Part shown: piece after piece, positions 19,145 to 28,062 of the stretch
How positions within the stretch are numbered: position 1 is the stretch's first letter
How the letters are laid out: each line of letters begins with the position of its first letter
Translations under genes and position numbers: made by a program
Virus record (IMG/VR): IMGVR_UViG_3300012890_000077
Coordinates: 1-52,296 of that record
Length of the DNA: 52,296 nucleotides
DNA from: a virus
Taxonomy: Duplodnaviria > Caudoviricetes
Strand: one strand, 5' to 3'
The notes under the pieces: generated by a model
Told to the model about the DNA's origin: nothing
The model's input: the letters and a program-made list of their open reading frames with translations, nothing else
Database searches by the model: none

Positions 19145-19284
19145 GGCGCCACCTTGAATTTCTCGGAAAGTGCGGCCAGTGCCAGAAGCCCTTTTTGATG
19201 CTCCGCGCGGTGTCCGGTCGCCGCAAGATGGTCTGTGGCCCATGCGCCCAGTCGATCACGGCCGAACGTGGGGCGAAGCGATGA
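19141..19284 (+). CDS. 47-aa zinc-ribbon-like protein
   Basis: Translated by hand: MRRHLEFLGKCGQCQKPF...MVCGPCAQS; GTGA and ATGA overlaps at both ends. Confidence 0.55.
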   Translation: MRRHLEFLGKCGQCQKPFLMLRAVSGRRKMVCGPCAQSITAERGAKR

Positions 19285-19676
19285 AGTCCGGTACCGTGGC
19301 CGTCGTCCTGGAAGATCGGTCCTTCCTATTCCTGACCGACGAAGGCTTTAAGACCCTGGTCTACCGGGCCGGGACGGCCGTCCAGGTCCTGGGCGAACAG
19401 AAGGGGGGAGGGCTCGAAGTCGGGAAGGGTCGGTCGTCGGCCTGGATCGCCCGCCACAAGCTCCGGGAGGCGACGAAGGAAGAGGCGGAAGACTTCGCGA
19501 TCGAAGGCGCGGCCCCGACCCAGAAGAAAAAGCCCCAGAAACCGGCCCAGGCGCCCGCCACCGCGCGCCCAGCCCCCGAAACCCCTTCCGATACCCCGAA
19601 GGCCCCAGAGGCCCCGCAAATCGCCTCCTACACGGAAGGCGACCAGATGGACTTCCTAGACGAGTTCTTCGCCTAA
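19281..19676 (+). CDS. Hypothetical protein (SH3-like N-terminus, Pro/Ala-rich tail)
   Basis: Coupled start; followed by a terminator. Confidence 0.6.
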   Translation: MKSGTVAVVLEDRSFLFLTDEGFKTLVYRAGTAVQVLGEQKGGGLEVGKGRSSAWIARHKLREATKEEAEDFAIEGAAPTQKKKPQKPAQAPATARPAPETPSDTPKAPEAPQIASYTEGDQMDFLDEFFA

Positions 19677-19816
19677 GCCTCGAACCCCGGTTCCGTTTCG
19701 ACGGGCCGGGGTTTTCGCTTTCTGGGCTGGGCCATGTTGAACCCCGCGACGGCGCCCGCCATAAGACAGACGAAGGCTATCCAAAGCTGGCCGACCACGG
19801 ACGCGGGAATCACCAT
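19673..19816 (-). CDS. Small single-TM protein
   Basis: MVIPASVVGQLWIAFVCLMAGAVAGF..., preceded by CGTAAGGG. Confidence 0.45.
   Translation of the reverse strand: MVIPASVVGQLWIAFVCLMAGAVAGFNMAQPRKRKPRPVETEPGFEA
19684..19716 (+). terminator. Terminator between convergent units
   Basis: AACCCCGG...CCGGGGTT stem followed by a T tract. Confidence 0.7.
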
Positions 19817-19828
19817 GACGCGCGCCCC

Positions 19829-21367
19829 TTACGCGTCCTCTTCCGGGTCGCCCGATCCCTTCGGCGCCGGGTCAAGGCCGGGGTTCGTCGCGTTCCGAAG
19901 GTCCCCGGCCGCCAGGCGCTCCATATCCTTCTTCTCGGCCTTCTCCCGCGCGATCGCCGCCATGTCGCGGGGAGGGAGTCCCAGGCGGGCGTCCAGGGCC
20001 TGTAGCTGGCTTTCGTGGATGAACCCGGACGCGTAGGCCTTCGACACCGAATCGAGTTCCTTCGTGAAGTCCTGTTGCTCGACCTTCGCGAGAACCGCGA
20101 CGGGCGCCAGGTCCGTTTCGTCGTCCCCGAAGTTCACCCGGACCAGGAGGCGACCCAGGCCGGTCAGCACGGACGCCATGCGCCCTTTCTGGAACGCGAT
20201 CCGAAGGCCCACCACGTCCTGGCCGGTTTCCTTCGCGCCCTGGGAATCGTGCTTCGCGGCCATCGTCATGCCGTCCGTGCCCAAGATCGCGCGGGTGATC
20301 TGCCGGTCGAAGTAGTCGCAAGCGTTCAGGAACGCCTGGCCGTCGCCCTGGGACTCCAGGAACTGGAACTCCGTGCCGCCCTTGACCGCCATGACGGTCG
20401 CGTTCATCCAGCCCAGCATCGCCTGGTAAAGCGCCTCCTGGGCCGTGATAAGCTCGAAGTTCCCTTCCTCGTCCCGTACGGGCTTCCCGTCCGCGTCCGT
20501 CAGGGGCTCCATACCGCCGCCCTCGACGGGCGTCTTCCCGATAATGCCGGGGCTGGCGAACTGCTTCAGGTACTTGAAGAAGTCGGGAAGGACGTTGGTC
20601 TTCAGGAACCAGGGCAGGTAGGCCGCCCGAAGGACCGACGTGCCGCGCGGGTCGCCGCCCTTCATGCGGTGTTGGAAGATCAGGAACTTCTCCAGCGGGT
20701 ACAGCTTCGACGCGTCGAAGTCGCCGCCCAGGGCCATGATCCCCGCCTGGAGGTTCCCGCCGTCCTTCGGGTCGGCGCCGATCAGGCCCAGGACGTTCCG
20801 GTATTCGTCCACCACGAAGGCTGTGGCCCAGTTCTCCTTCGGCTTCAGCGCGCGGACGACCAGCCGCGCCGCGCCGTCCTGGAGAGTGGGCTTCAGGACG
20901 ATCTCCGCGACCCGGTGGCCCTGGGCGAGTCCGTCCAGAAGGTCGTCAACCACGTCCACCAGGGAAAGGCCCTCCATCGCCCCGTCCTTCGTGCAAGCCT
21001 CGACAAAGGCCCGATACTCTTCCGCCTTCTGGGCGCGGGCCGTCTTGTCCGGGTCGGCCTTCTCCCAGGCGCCGGGCATCGCCACGGCCGCCTCCCACCG
21101 GACGCCATCGGCCACCACGCCCAGCTTGTAAGTCTCGTAGTCGCTGGACACCGTGTCGTCGGTCAGCATCCGATCGTAAAGATCGGCGCCGAAGTCGCGG
21201 GTCAGGTCGTCAATGAAGCGGGGGAGGGCCTGTTTTACGGCCATGAGGGCCGCCCACTGGCCTCCCGCGACGAACTCCTGGAGGTACTGGCGGCCGTCCT
21301 TCGCGGGCTGGGTGGGCGCGACGGATGGGGCCGCGTCCGGCGTGGTCTTCTTGGGGCGCGGGGGCAT
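19829..21367 (-). CDS. Portal protein (DUF935/Mu gp29-like)
   Basis: G....E, P.G.S.LRAAY.PW..K, F..P..IGK and D.QI..AILG motifs. Confidence 0.92.
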   Translation of the reverse strand: MPPRPKKTTPDAAPSVAPTQPAKDGRQYLQEFVAGGQWAALMAVKQALPRFIDDLTRDFGADLYDRMLTDDTVSSDYETYKLGVVADGVRWEAAVAMPGAWEKADPDKTARAQKAEEYRAFVEACTKDGAMEGLSLVDVVDDLLDGLAQGHRVAEIVLKPTLQDGAARLVVRALKPKENWATAFVVDEYRNVLGLIGADPKDGGNLQAGIMALGGDFDASKLYPLEKFLIFQHRMKGGDPRGTSVLRAAYLPWFLKTNVLPDFFKYLKQFASPGIIGKTPVEGGGMEPLTDADGKPVRDEEGNFELITAQEALYQAMLGWMNATVMAVKGGTEFQFLESQGDGQAFLNACDYFDRQITRAILGTDGMTMAAKHDSQGAKETGQDVVGLRIAFQKGRMASVLTGLGRLLVRVNFGDDETDLAPVAVLAKVEQQDFTKELDSVSKAYASGFIHESQLQALDARLGLPPRDMAAIAREKAEKKDMERLAAGDLRNATNPGLDPAPKGSGDPEEDA

Positions 21368-21401
21368 CGTGGCCCCCCTTTACGCCCAGCGCGCGGGACG
21401 C

Positions 21402-21650
21402 CTAGAAGGGGATCACGCGTTCGGCGGGATCGCCCAGCGTGTACTCCACTAGCTCGATGCTGTCCAGGTACTTCTGGCACGTTTCGCCCAGGTCGCCCCG
21501 GTACCACTCGGCGCCCTTTTTCACGGCCGACAGGTGGCATTTGACGTGCCCTATCTGGCTCCACGTCTTCCCCTTCTTCGTGAACTGGTTTCGAATGCCG
21601 CCGACGCTGAACAGACCGGTTTCCTTGTGCCTCAGCTTGAAGAAGGTCAC
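21402..21650 (-). CDS. Hypothetical protein
   Basis: FKLRHKETGLFS.GG...F.K.GK.W; GTGA coupling. Confidence 0.65.
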   Translation of the reverse strand: MTFFKLRHKETGLFSVGGIRNQFTKKGKTWSQIGHVKCHLSAVKKGAEWYRGDLGETCQKYLDSIELVEYTLGDPAERVIPF

Positions 21651-21823
21651 GCGTGGCGCCTCCGTGCCCAAATCACGGGAAGGTCCCGCGTCGTCCACCG
21701 GTAGGCGCGGTACACGATGCCGACCGGGAACAGGAGGAAACCCAGGGCCGTTTCCTTGACGGTCAGGCCGGACCAGGAGGCCAGGTACAGGTAGGCGCCC
21801 AGCGCCCAAAGGAAGGGGATCAT
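21647..21823 (-). CDS. Small membrane protein
   Basis: MIPFLWALGAYLYLASW...; CGTAGAGG upstream. Confidence 0.5.
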   Translation of the reverse strand: MIPFLWALGAYLYLASWSGLTVKETALGFLLFPVGIVYRAYRWTTRDLPVIWARRRHA

Positions 21824-21971
21824 CGGTCCCCCTCTACGGCCTCCAGGTCAGACGGACAGGCCACTTCCCCCAGGTCGCCCTAGAACTGGGTCGGCGCGTG
21901 GACCGCGAACCGCCCGCCGCTCGACAGGTCGCCGTCCAGCCGGGCGTCGTCGCCTTCGATCACCATTCGGA

Positions 21972-22244
21972 TCACCGACGCCAGTCCTCGGCCCATTCCT
22001 CGACCGTGCCGGGCAGGACGCCCCAAAGCTCTTTGAGCATGAACGAAAGGGCCATGTAGGGGAGGCACAGGACGCTAAGGACGACGATAGTCCGGCGCCC
22101 GGCCCGCGTGTCCAGCGCCCAGTAGCAAAGCCGCTCCAGGACGGCACGGAGGCGCCGCTTCGTCCAGGCCCAGGCCGCCTTCGCCCAGTTCGCCGCATAG
22201 TCCAGAGCGAAGACGAGGGACGGGAGATACCAGGGGTCCATCAT
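21972..22244 (-). CDS. Trp-rich membrane protein
   Basis: MMDPWYLP start; hydrophobic segment. Confidence 0.5.
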   Translation of the reverse strand: MMDPWYLPSLVFALDYAANWAKAAWAWTKRRLRAVLERLCYWALDTRAGRRTIVVLSVLCLPYMALSFMLKELWGVLPGTVEEWAEDWRR

Positions 22245-22380
22245 TCGGCGTCCCCCTTGCAAGCGTCGAAAAGGGCCGCGACACCCAGGAGGGCGACGGC
22301 CACCACGCCCAGGGCCACCGGCCAGAAGGAAGAATCCATCCCGACCCCCTACGGGAAGGCGCGAACGCGCCCCTAATAAC

Positions 22381-22455
22381 TTCTCTTTCTCTTTCTCTAT
22401 GGATAACCTTTGGATCATCCACTGGATAACCCTAGGATCATCCAGTGGATGGATC
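22381..22455. repeat. Iteron-like GGAT repeat array with pyrimidine tract (copy of the array in the initiator gene)
   Basis: GGAT at 22401/22412/22424/22435/22447 after TTCTCTAT. Confidence 0.75.
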
Positions 22456-24040
22456 AGCCCCCAGAATGGCCCTTTATCGCGGCCTCCATGCCCTTGACCT
22501 GGCTTCCCGTGATCCGGGCGCCGCCGCCGACCTTCGCCCCGACCGACTCCCCGCCCAGGGCGCGTAGAGCCTCGATCGCGATACCCAGGGCGTCGATCTG
22601 GTCCTTCTTGCGCTTCGGGAAGTGCTTCGCCTCCTCCAGGAACCGGTCCACCCAGCCGGACCCGTCGTCCACCAGGATGATCAGGCCGTCCTTCGCCAGC
22701 CAGGACCAGCCGCGCGCCCTGGCGATCTTGTCCTTATCCGCGTCCACGGGCTGGACGGAGATACCGGCCAGGTCGCGCATTCGCTTCAGGTCCTGGACGA
22801 ACGAAAGCTGGTAGGCCACCGACTCGACGGCCACGATGGACACCCTGGCCGCCTTCGCGCGGGCCGCGACCGCCGTCCTGGCGTCGGGTCCCTCCATGCG
22901 CCCGTGGACGGGTCGGGACACGTAGTACCGGCCGTTCGCGCCGTAGCCCACGGGGAAGGCCGCCGTGAAGTCGGCCGCGTCCTTCGTGGACACCGCAAGG
23001 TCCACGCCCATCGCGGAACGCCACAGGAGCGGGACCTGGGACGGTAGGCACCGCTCGAACCACTCGGGTTGCAGGATCGCGCCCGCGACCTTCCGGGGCC
23101 GTTGCATGAACTGGGCGTCGAAGGCGTCTTCGTTCCCGCTCCGCTGTTCGGCCAGCCGCTTGTGGTCCAGAGCCTCGGGAAGTAGAAGCTCCCCGGCCTT
23201 CCGCCAGTCGGGCCAGACCACGCACGAAGACGGAATGACGCCGACCTCGACGCCCTTTTCATCCTTCTTCTGCCAGGGCTCGGCGCTTCGGATCGCGTCC
23301 AGGGCGATGATCGTCCACTGGTCCGCGTCGGGTTGCTCCAGAAGCCAGCCGCAAAGGTCGTTTTCGGCAATCCTTTGCATGACGACGACGATGCAAGCCC
23401 CTTCCGTAAAGAAGATGTTTTGCCGGTTCAGCCAGGTCCGCTTGTACCAGTTCTGGAACTTCGTGCAAAGGACCTCGGATTCCAGTTCCTCGGGTCCCTT
23501 GTGCGGGTCGTCAATGATGCCCAGGTGGAACCGGCGGCCACGGATCGCGCCCGCGAAGCCCTTCCCCCACATTCCGCCGCCCGCCTGGGTCGCCCAGTCG
23601 CCCTTCGCCTTCGTGGACACGTCCAGCGCGCCGCCACCGGCCACGAAGAACTCCCGCGCGTCCCCGGCCAGGTCTTCCGCCAGGGACGCGCCGTAGGACA
23701 CCAGGCCGACCTCCCGGTTAGGGTAGCGGTACAGGTAGTAGGCCGACAGGAGGCGCGAAATGGTTTCGGACTTGCCGGTTCCGGGTGGAACCCAAATCAT
23801 AACCCGCTTCAGGTGGCCGTCCGCGATAAGCTGGGCGACCTTCGCAAGCTCGACGTTGTGTCGGTACCAGCGGAAGGCCGGGTTCACCCGCGACACGAAG
23901 TCCGCGTACGTCTCGAAGGTCATGGGGACGGGGTTGGCGGCCATGACGGCGCTGGCCGCGTCGTCGGACACCACGTCCCCGAAGTAGCCCACCATCGCCT
24001 GGTCAAGACCGCTGAAAAGCTCGTCCGATAGGCTGGGCAT
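22454..24040 (-). CDS. terL: Terminase large subunit
   Basis: Walker A PPGTGKS, Walker B IIDDP, AQFMQRP, nuclease GVDLA and DQIDA. Confidence 0.96.
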   Translation of the reverse strand: MPSLSDELFSGLDQAMVGYFGDVVSDDAASAVMAANPVPMTFETYADFVSRVNPAFRWYRHNVELAKVAQLIADGHLKRVMIWVPPGTGKSETISRLLSAYYLYRYPNREVGLVSYGASLAEDLAGDAREFFVAGGGALDVSTKAKGDWATQAGGGMWGKGFAGAIRGRRFHLGIIDDPHKGPEELESEVLCTKFQNWYKRTWLNRQNIFFTEGACIVVVMQRIAENDLCGWLLEQPDADQWTIIALDAIRSAEPWQKKDEKGVEVGVIPSSCVVWPDWRKAGELLLPEALDHKRLAEQRSGNEDAFDAQFMQRPRKVAGAILQPEWFERCLPSQVPLLWRSAMGVDLAVSTKDAADFTAAFPVGYGANGRYYVSRPVHGRMEGPDARTAVAARAKAARVSIVAVESVAYQLSFVQDLKRMRDLAGISVQPVDADKDKIARARGWSWLAKDGLIILVDDGSGWVDRFLEEAKHFPKRKKDQIDALGIAIEALRALGGESVGAKVGGGARITGSQVKGMEAAIKGHSGG

Positions 24041-24047
24041 GGGGGCC

Positions 24048-25202
24048 TTATACGGAAGCGAACAGGCCACCCAAGGCGAGTTCTTCGGGAGTCGGCTCGG
24101 CCTTCGCGCGGGTCGCCGGGGCCAGGTCCCAGTCCCTTACGAACTCGACCCAAAGGGCCTCTAGTTCGGCTTCGCCCAGTCGGACGGCCGACCCGTGTTT
24201 GCGGCGCATACCGTCCGCGAAACGGCCACAGGCGGCCGTGAAGGCCTCCCGCTGGCCCTCTCTCGTGCCCTCCGCGATCTTGACCAGTTCCTTATCAAAG
24301 TCGCCGTCGTTGTCCGCGTACAGGCCGAATTCCCAGACGTGCCAGTTCAGGTGTCCGTGGCGCGGCTGGAGACGCCAGCCAGTGTCCGTCTTCTGGATCG
24401 CCACCGCCGACGTGGCGACCATCGTCCCGCTTTCCTTGAAGGCGCCCGCGTCGATGTTCTCCCACTCCCCGAACTCACAGACCAAATCCAGGAACTCCTG
24501 ACTTCGTCGGTCGTCTCGGAACTGCCAGCTAGTCGGCACGATGGCGCCCAGGACGCCGCCCGGCCTCAGAAGGCTCCAGGCGTGGAAGACGTGGGTCGCG
24601 TAGGCCTGTTTGTCGCCCTCCAGGCTGAAAGGCGGGTTCATAATCACCGCGTCGTAGACCGCGCCGGGGTTCCAGGCCAGGAAGTCGTCGCCCACCAGCG
24701 CGTGACCCTTCGCCTCCAGGACCGCGCGATTGACGGAAAGGACCTCGCAACAATCGACCGCCCAGGTGTGGCGCCGACCCCAGCCCCAGCCCTCGTACTC
24801 GGCGTTCCGCTGGGCCTCCAGCGCGCGGACGGCATCGGCCAGGGCTCCCGTACCGGCCGAAGGTTCCAGGACGCGCCCATCGTAGGGCACGGACGACAGA
24901 CCGTCCATCATGTCGAACAGGAGTTCCAGCACCGGCGCCGGGGTCGGGAAGAACGCCGTGGGGTTCTTCGGGGGTTGTTCGCCGGACGCGACGACGGCGG
25001 CCAGGAGAGGCGCCGGGTCGTAGAACGCGAAGACGTGGGCCGGGCGCTTCGACTTCTTCCACTTGCCGCCCAGTCGGGTAAGGACCTCGTTGACGCGCTC
25101 GTAAAGATCGCGCTCCAGGGTGATATCCGGGAGGTACAGGTTCTGGCCTTCACAGTGGGCCATCGACAGGACTTCCAGGGCGTCGTTTTCGATCCGGGGC
25201 AC
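24048..25202 (-). CDS. N6-adenine DNA methyltransferase
   Basis: FFPTP, VLEPSAGTG (motif I) and MNPPF (motif IV). Confidence 0.92.
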   Translation of the reverse strand: MPRIENDALEVLSMAHCEGQNLYLPDITLERDLYERVNEVLTRLGGKWKKSKRPAHVFAFYDPAPLLAAVVASGEQPPKNPTAFFPTPAPVLELLFDMMDGLSSVPYDGRVLEPSAGTGALADAVRALEAQRNAEYEGWGWGRRHTWAVDCCEVLSVNRAVLEAKGHALVGDDFLAWNPGAVYDAVIMNPPFSLEGDKQAYATHVFHAWSLLRPGGVLGAIVPTSWQFRDDRRSQEFLDLVCEFGEWENIDAGAFKESGTMVATSAVAIQKTDTGWRLQPRHGHLNWHVWEFGLYADNDGDFDKELVKIAEGTREGQREAFTAACGRFADGMRRKHGSAVRLGEAELEALWVEFVRDWDLAPATRAKAEPTPEELALGGLFASV

Positions 25203-25230
25203 CCGGCCCTTTACGGGAACGCCATGCACG

Positions 25231-25265
25231 AAAAAGGCCCGATCCCTAGTGCCGGGAAGGGGCCT
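25231..25265 (-). terminator. Intrinsic terminator between terS and the MTase
   Basis: AGGCCC...GGGCCT stem with TTTTT tract. Confidence 0.6.
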
Positions 25266-25323
25266 CTATGTCGTCGTGGCATCTTACGCGGAAGTTGCGT
25301 TTCGGCACAGGTAAGATCGCCCG

Positions 25324-25554
25324 GTGGAACTCAATCCGAACGACCCGGATAGCCTGGCCGTCTACTTCATCGGCCAGGCTTTGGCGGGGATGGTGGCGCG
25401 AGATACGAACGTACACGCCCGCCACCCCAATACCGTTGCCGAAGCGTGCGAACAGGCGATCTACGTCGGGTTAACCATGAAGAAGGCATGGGAGGCAAAG
25501 CTGGGCGAACGACCGACGGCACCCGGCGCGCGGGCCGTCAATCTCGACTACTAG
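25324..25554 (+). CDS. Small hypothetical protein
   Basis: YF.GQALAGM motif common in small phage proteins. Confidence 0.55.
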   Translation: MELNPNDPDSLAVYFIGQALAGMVARDTNVHARHPNTVAEACEQAIYVGLTMKKAWEAKLGERPTAPGARAVNLDY

Positions 25555-26090
25555 GCGAAGGCCGCCCGCACTCCCCGACGCTTCTTGATCCGGTCCATGA
25601 TACGGGTCCGAAGTGTCGGGTCGCATTCGGCCAGAATCGCGATCACGTCCCGCTGGAACGCCTCGATTTCCTCCACGCGGTAAAGCGCCTCCAGGCACTT
25701 CAGCGACGTTTCGGAGTACTTGCGGGTCGATTCCAGGAGTCGGGTTAGCTGGTCCACGCCATCGGCCATGTAGATATGGGGCTCCCCGTCCTCCCCCGGC
25801 TTCCCCTCCTTCGCCACGCCGTTCTCTTCCACGGACTCGATCAGGCGTTCCAGCCGCTCATAGTTGCGCTGGAGGCCGCCCCGAATGTCGAAGACGTTCC
25901 GGGTCGTCGCGTCGATCACGCCCTTCGATATGGCCGCCGCCGTCCGCTCCAGCTTCTTCACCCGCTGGGATACCGCCGACGTGCTGACGCCGAACTTCGC
26001 GGCCACTTGCGTGATAGTGTCGGGTTCGTCCGCGAACTCTTCCAAAGCGTCCCTTAGATCGTCGTCGGAAAAGGTCGGGTGGGCTGGCAT
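25551..26090 (-). CDS. Putative terminase small subunit
   Basis: N-terminal HTH (TITQVAAKFGVSTSAVSQR), helical body, upstream of terL. Confidence 0.7.
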   Translation of the reverse strand: MPAHPTFSDDDLRDALEEFADEPDTITQVAAKFGVSTSAVSQRVKKLERTAAAISKGVIDATTRNVFDIRGGLQRNYERLERLIESVEENGVAKEGKPGEDGEPHIYMADGVDQLTRLLESTRKYSETSLKCLEALYRVEEIEAFQRDVIAILAECDPTLRTRIMDRIKKRRGVRAAFA

Positions 26091-26206
26091 AGCAATCCTT
26101 ACGGGATTCTTCCGCCAGGTTGGAAAACGATCCTTAAACGACGAAAGGTCCGGGCCCGTTTAAGCAACGAAACCGGACCTATACGCGGAACGCCGACGTT
26201 GAGTCC

Positions 26207-26404
26207 CTACCCCTCTCCTCTTAGCTTTCGGATCGCTTCAGACCCCATGATGATGGCGTTCTGGTGTCCGTTGATTTCATCCTGGATGGCCGCCTTCTCC
26301 TGATCAGTAAGGTTCTGGTTCTCCATCCGGTCCTTGCAAGCCTGAAGTAGTTCCTGTCGCTCCAGAATGCCTTCTCTTAAGTCGTGAATTTGGTCATAGT
26401 CCAT
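26207..26404 (-). CDS. Small coiled-coil protein (probably leaderless)
   Basis: CATAAT-N6-ATG; lower GC than the flanks. Confidence 0.55.
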   Translation of the reverse strand: MDYDQIHDLREGILERQELLQACKDRMENQNLTDQEKAAIQDEINGHQNAIIMGSEAIRKLRGEG

Positions 26405-26547
26405 ACCACCATTATGCAAACTCTAGGAATCGGTTTGCGGGACGTGAACTGGGGTCTATGCGCCGAAAAGACGTTCATTGTGAAAAGCTCCGGCATGGCC
26501 GCGTTAGACGCCTTGACCCGCGCGGTCTTAAAGTCTGGGAAACCGAC

Positions 26548-26952
26548 TCAGTGCGAGAGCGATACGTTGACGGGCCAGGTTGCCAGCACATCGTCACACT
26601 TGAGAGTGAACACATAGCTACCCTCGCCTATGAAGGGTAGCGACTGGAACTGTATGATGGCCAGAGACCTCTTGCCGTCCTGAAACTGAATATTCACAGG
26701 GGCTACGGATGATCGTCTTTCCGGGCCATCGACCCAAAATTCGCCAGAAACCGAATCGCCGGGGCTCAGGTTGCTCTCGGTTGCGTCCAAAAGCACCACG
26801 AACGATACATCGACAGCCACTCTCGCGTCAGGCGGCACAGGCGAAGGCAGCCCTTCAAGCTTAACGCTCTCTATAACCTCGACAAGCGTTGCCGCGTTGG
26901 TGCGATGGTCGATTACGGTCTTGGAGACGACGATAGAGTAAAGGGCCTTCAT
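26548..26952 (-). CDS. Hypothetical beta-sandwich protein (DUF6941-like)
   Basis: ..ID..TN..TLV.VI and LPF..EG.Y.F pattern; low-GC island. Confidence 0.6.
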   Translation of the reverse strand: MKALYSIVVSKTVIDHRTNAATLVEVIESVKLEGLPSPVPPDARVAVDVSFVVLLDATESNLSPGDSVSGEFWVDGPERRSSVAPVNIQFQDGKRSLAIIQFQSLPFIGEGSYVFTLKCDDVLATWPVNVSLSH

Positions 26953-27335
26953 ACCTCTACGAGAAGCCTCTGGGAGACTTGGACGCGAATGGCTTCTGCC
27001 GCCGCGCCATGATCGAGGATTCCACTCAGGATAGGCTTTCCGCTGGGAGTGCCGGTGACTTTGGGCCGGGGTGCGAAGGCTAGATCGAACATGACGGGAA
27101 AGTAGTTCACCTGAGGCTCAGGTGCCACCTCCATCCGAAGCCGTTCGATAGCAACTAAGTCCTGTCCCCTGGACTGTAGAACTGGAATGAGCAACCGGAC
27201 TAAACGCCTGTCGCTCATTATGGCGGCGGACTCCTCAGGAGTGAACGACGCAGACAGAACCTCCGACACGAAAACGTCGTGCGCTCGCCTTTCCGCGAGT
27301 GCCACGTCTCCTACATTGAAGGGCCTAAACTCCAT
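26949..27335 (-). CDS. Hypothetical protein
   Basis: Overlaps both neighbours in the low-GC three-gene operon. Confidence 0.6.
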   Translation of the reverse strand: MEFRPFNVGDVALAERRAHDVFVSEVLSASFTPEESAAIMSDRRLVRLLIPVLQSRGQDLVAIERLRMEVAPEPQVNYFPVMFDLAFAPRPKVTGTPSGKPILSGILDHGAAAEAIRVQVSQRLLVEV

Positions 27336-27921
27336 CGATGAATCTCCCTAGGAGTTTCTCGGCGTCCTGAGCCGAAATCTCCATCACTTCATACCATTCT
27401 ACGCCATCATCGCGCATTATCTTATCAACGGTCCTGAACCCTAGGTGAGCATAGAGTGCCGCAGGGTTGTTATCGGAATCGTCGCGGTCGGCTCCGATCC
27501 CTTCATCTATCCAACACCGCCCTTCGCTTCCGATTTCCACGCTTTTACCTGCCGCAAACGCTAAGAGGGCAGTGGATATCCCGCTTATGCCAAGGACATG
27601 AGCCCGAGGCGATTTCGCGATAAAGTCTATGGCTAGACTTGACTGATCCAAACTATTGAAGGCAACAAGGCGGGTCGCCATAAGCCCGGCATAGCCTCCG
27701 TGGCCTTCAATTGAAAGTCCGAACACGGGCTTTAGAGGTTTCGAGAAAGTTGCCCAAGGCCAACGGCAGACCATTCTCATTCTTGAGGTCATTCGATCTT
27801 GAAAAGCGTTGAAGTCTGCTATCCAGACCTTATGCGCCATTTCGACCTCTTCCGGCTCCAATTCGTCCACGCGAGCACGCACCAAACCCCCAGGGGTCTT
27901 CACATAAAACAACAATGGCAC
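27325..27921 (-). CDS. GNAT-fold acetyltransferase-like protein
   Basis: IDFIA.SP...GISTALL (motif A) and N.AALY..LGF (motif B). Confidence 0.7.
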   Translation of the reverse strand: MPLLFYVKTPGGLVRARVDELEPEEVEMAHKVWIADFNAFQDRMTSRMRMVCRWPWATFSKPLKPVFGLSIEGHGGYAGLMATRLVAFNSLDQSSLAIDFIAKSPRAHVLGISGISTALLAFAAGKSVEIGSEGRCWIDEGIGADRDDSDNNPAALYAHLGFRTVDKIMRDDGVEWYEVMEISAQDAEKLLGRFIDGV

Positions 27922-28062
27922 GGCTTCCCTTTATCCTACAGCGCCTGTATGTCTACGCGTTCTTTCACGCGATCCGGAGGGCCTAGATTACGAGGCTTCG
28001 TGTGTCAATTATATTATCGCCCTAATTTGGGGCTCGGATTCGTTCCAAACCCCGTTCGATGC

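Noticed and set aside
21833-21975. TAG readthrough or recoding at 21880
   Set aside because: Only 14 further codons follow, and TAG is used as a normal stop elsewhere.
22381-22455. CRISPR array
   Set aside because: The 11-12 bp period leaves no room for spacers, and there are no cas genes.
26121-26190. Known ribozyme or riboswitch (hammerhead, pistol, preQ1)
   Set aside because: Conserved core nucleotides are not recognisable; kept only as an unnamed pseudoknot.
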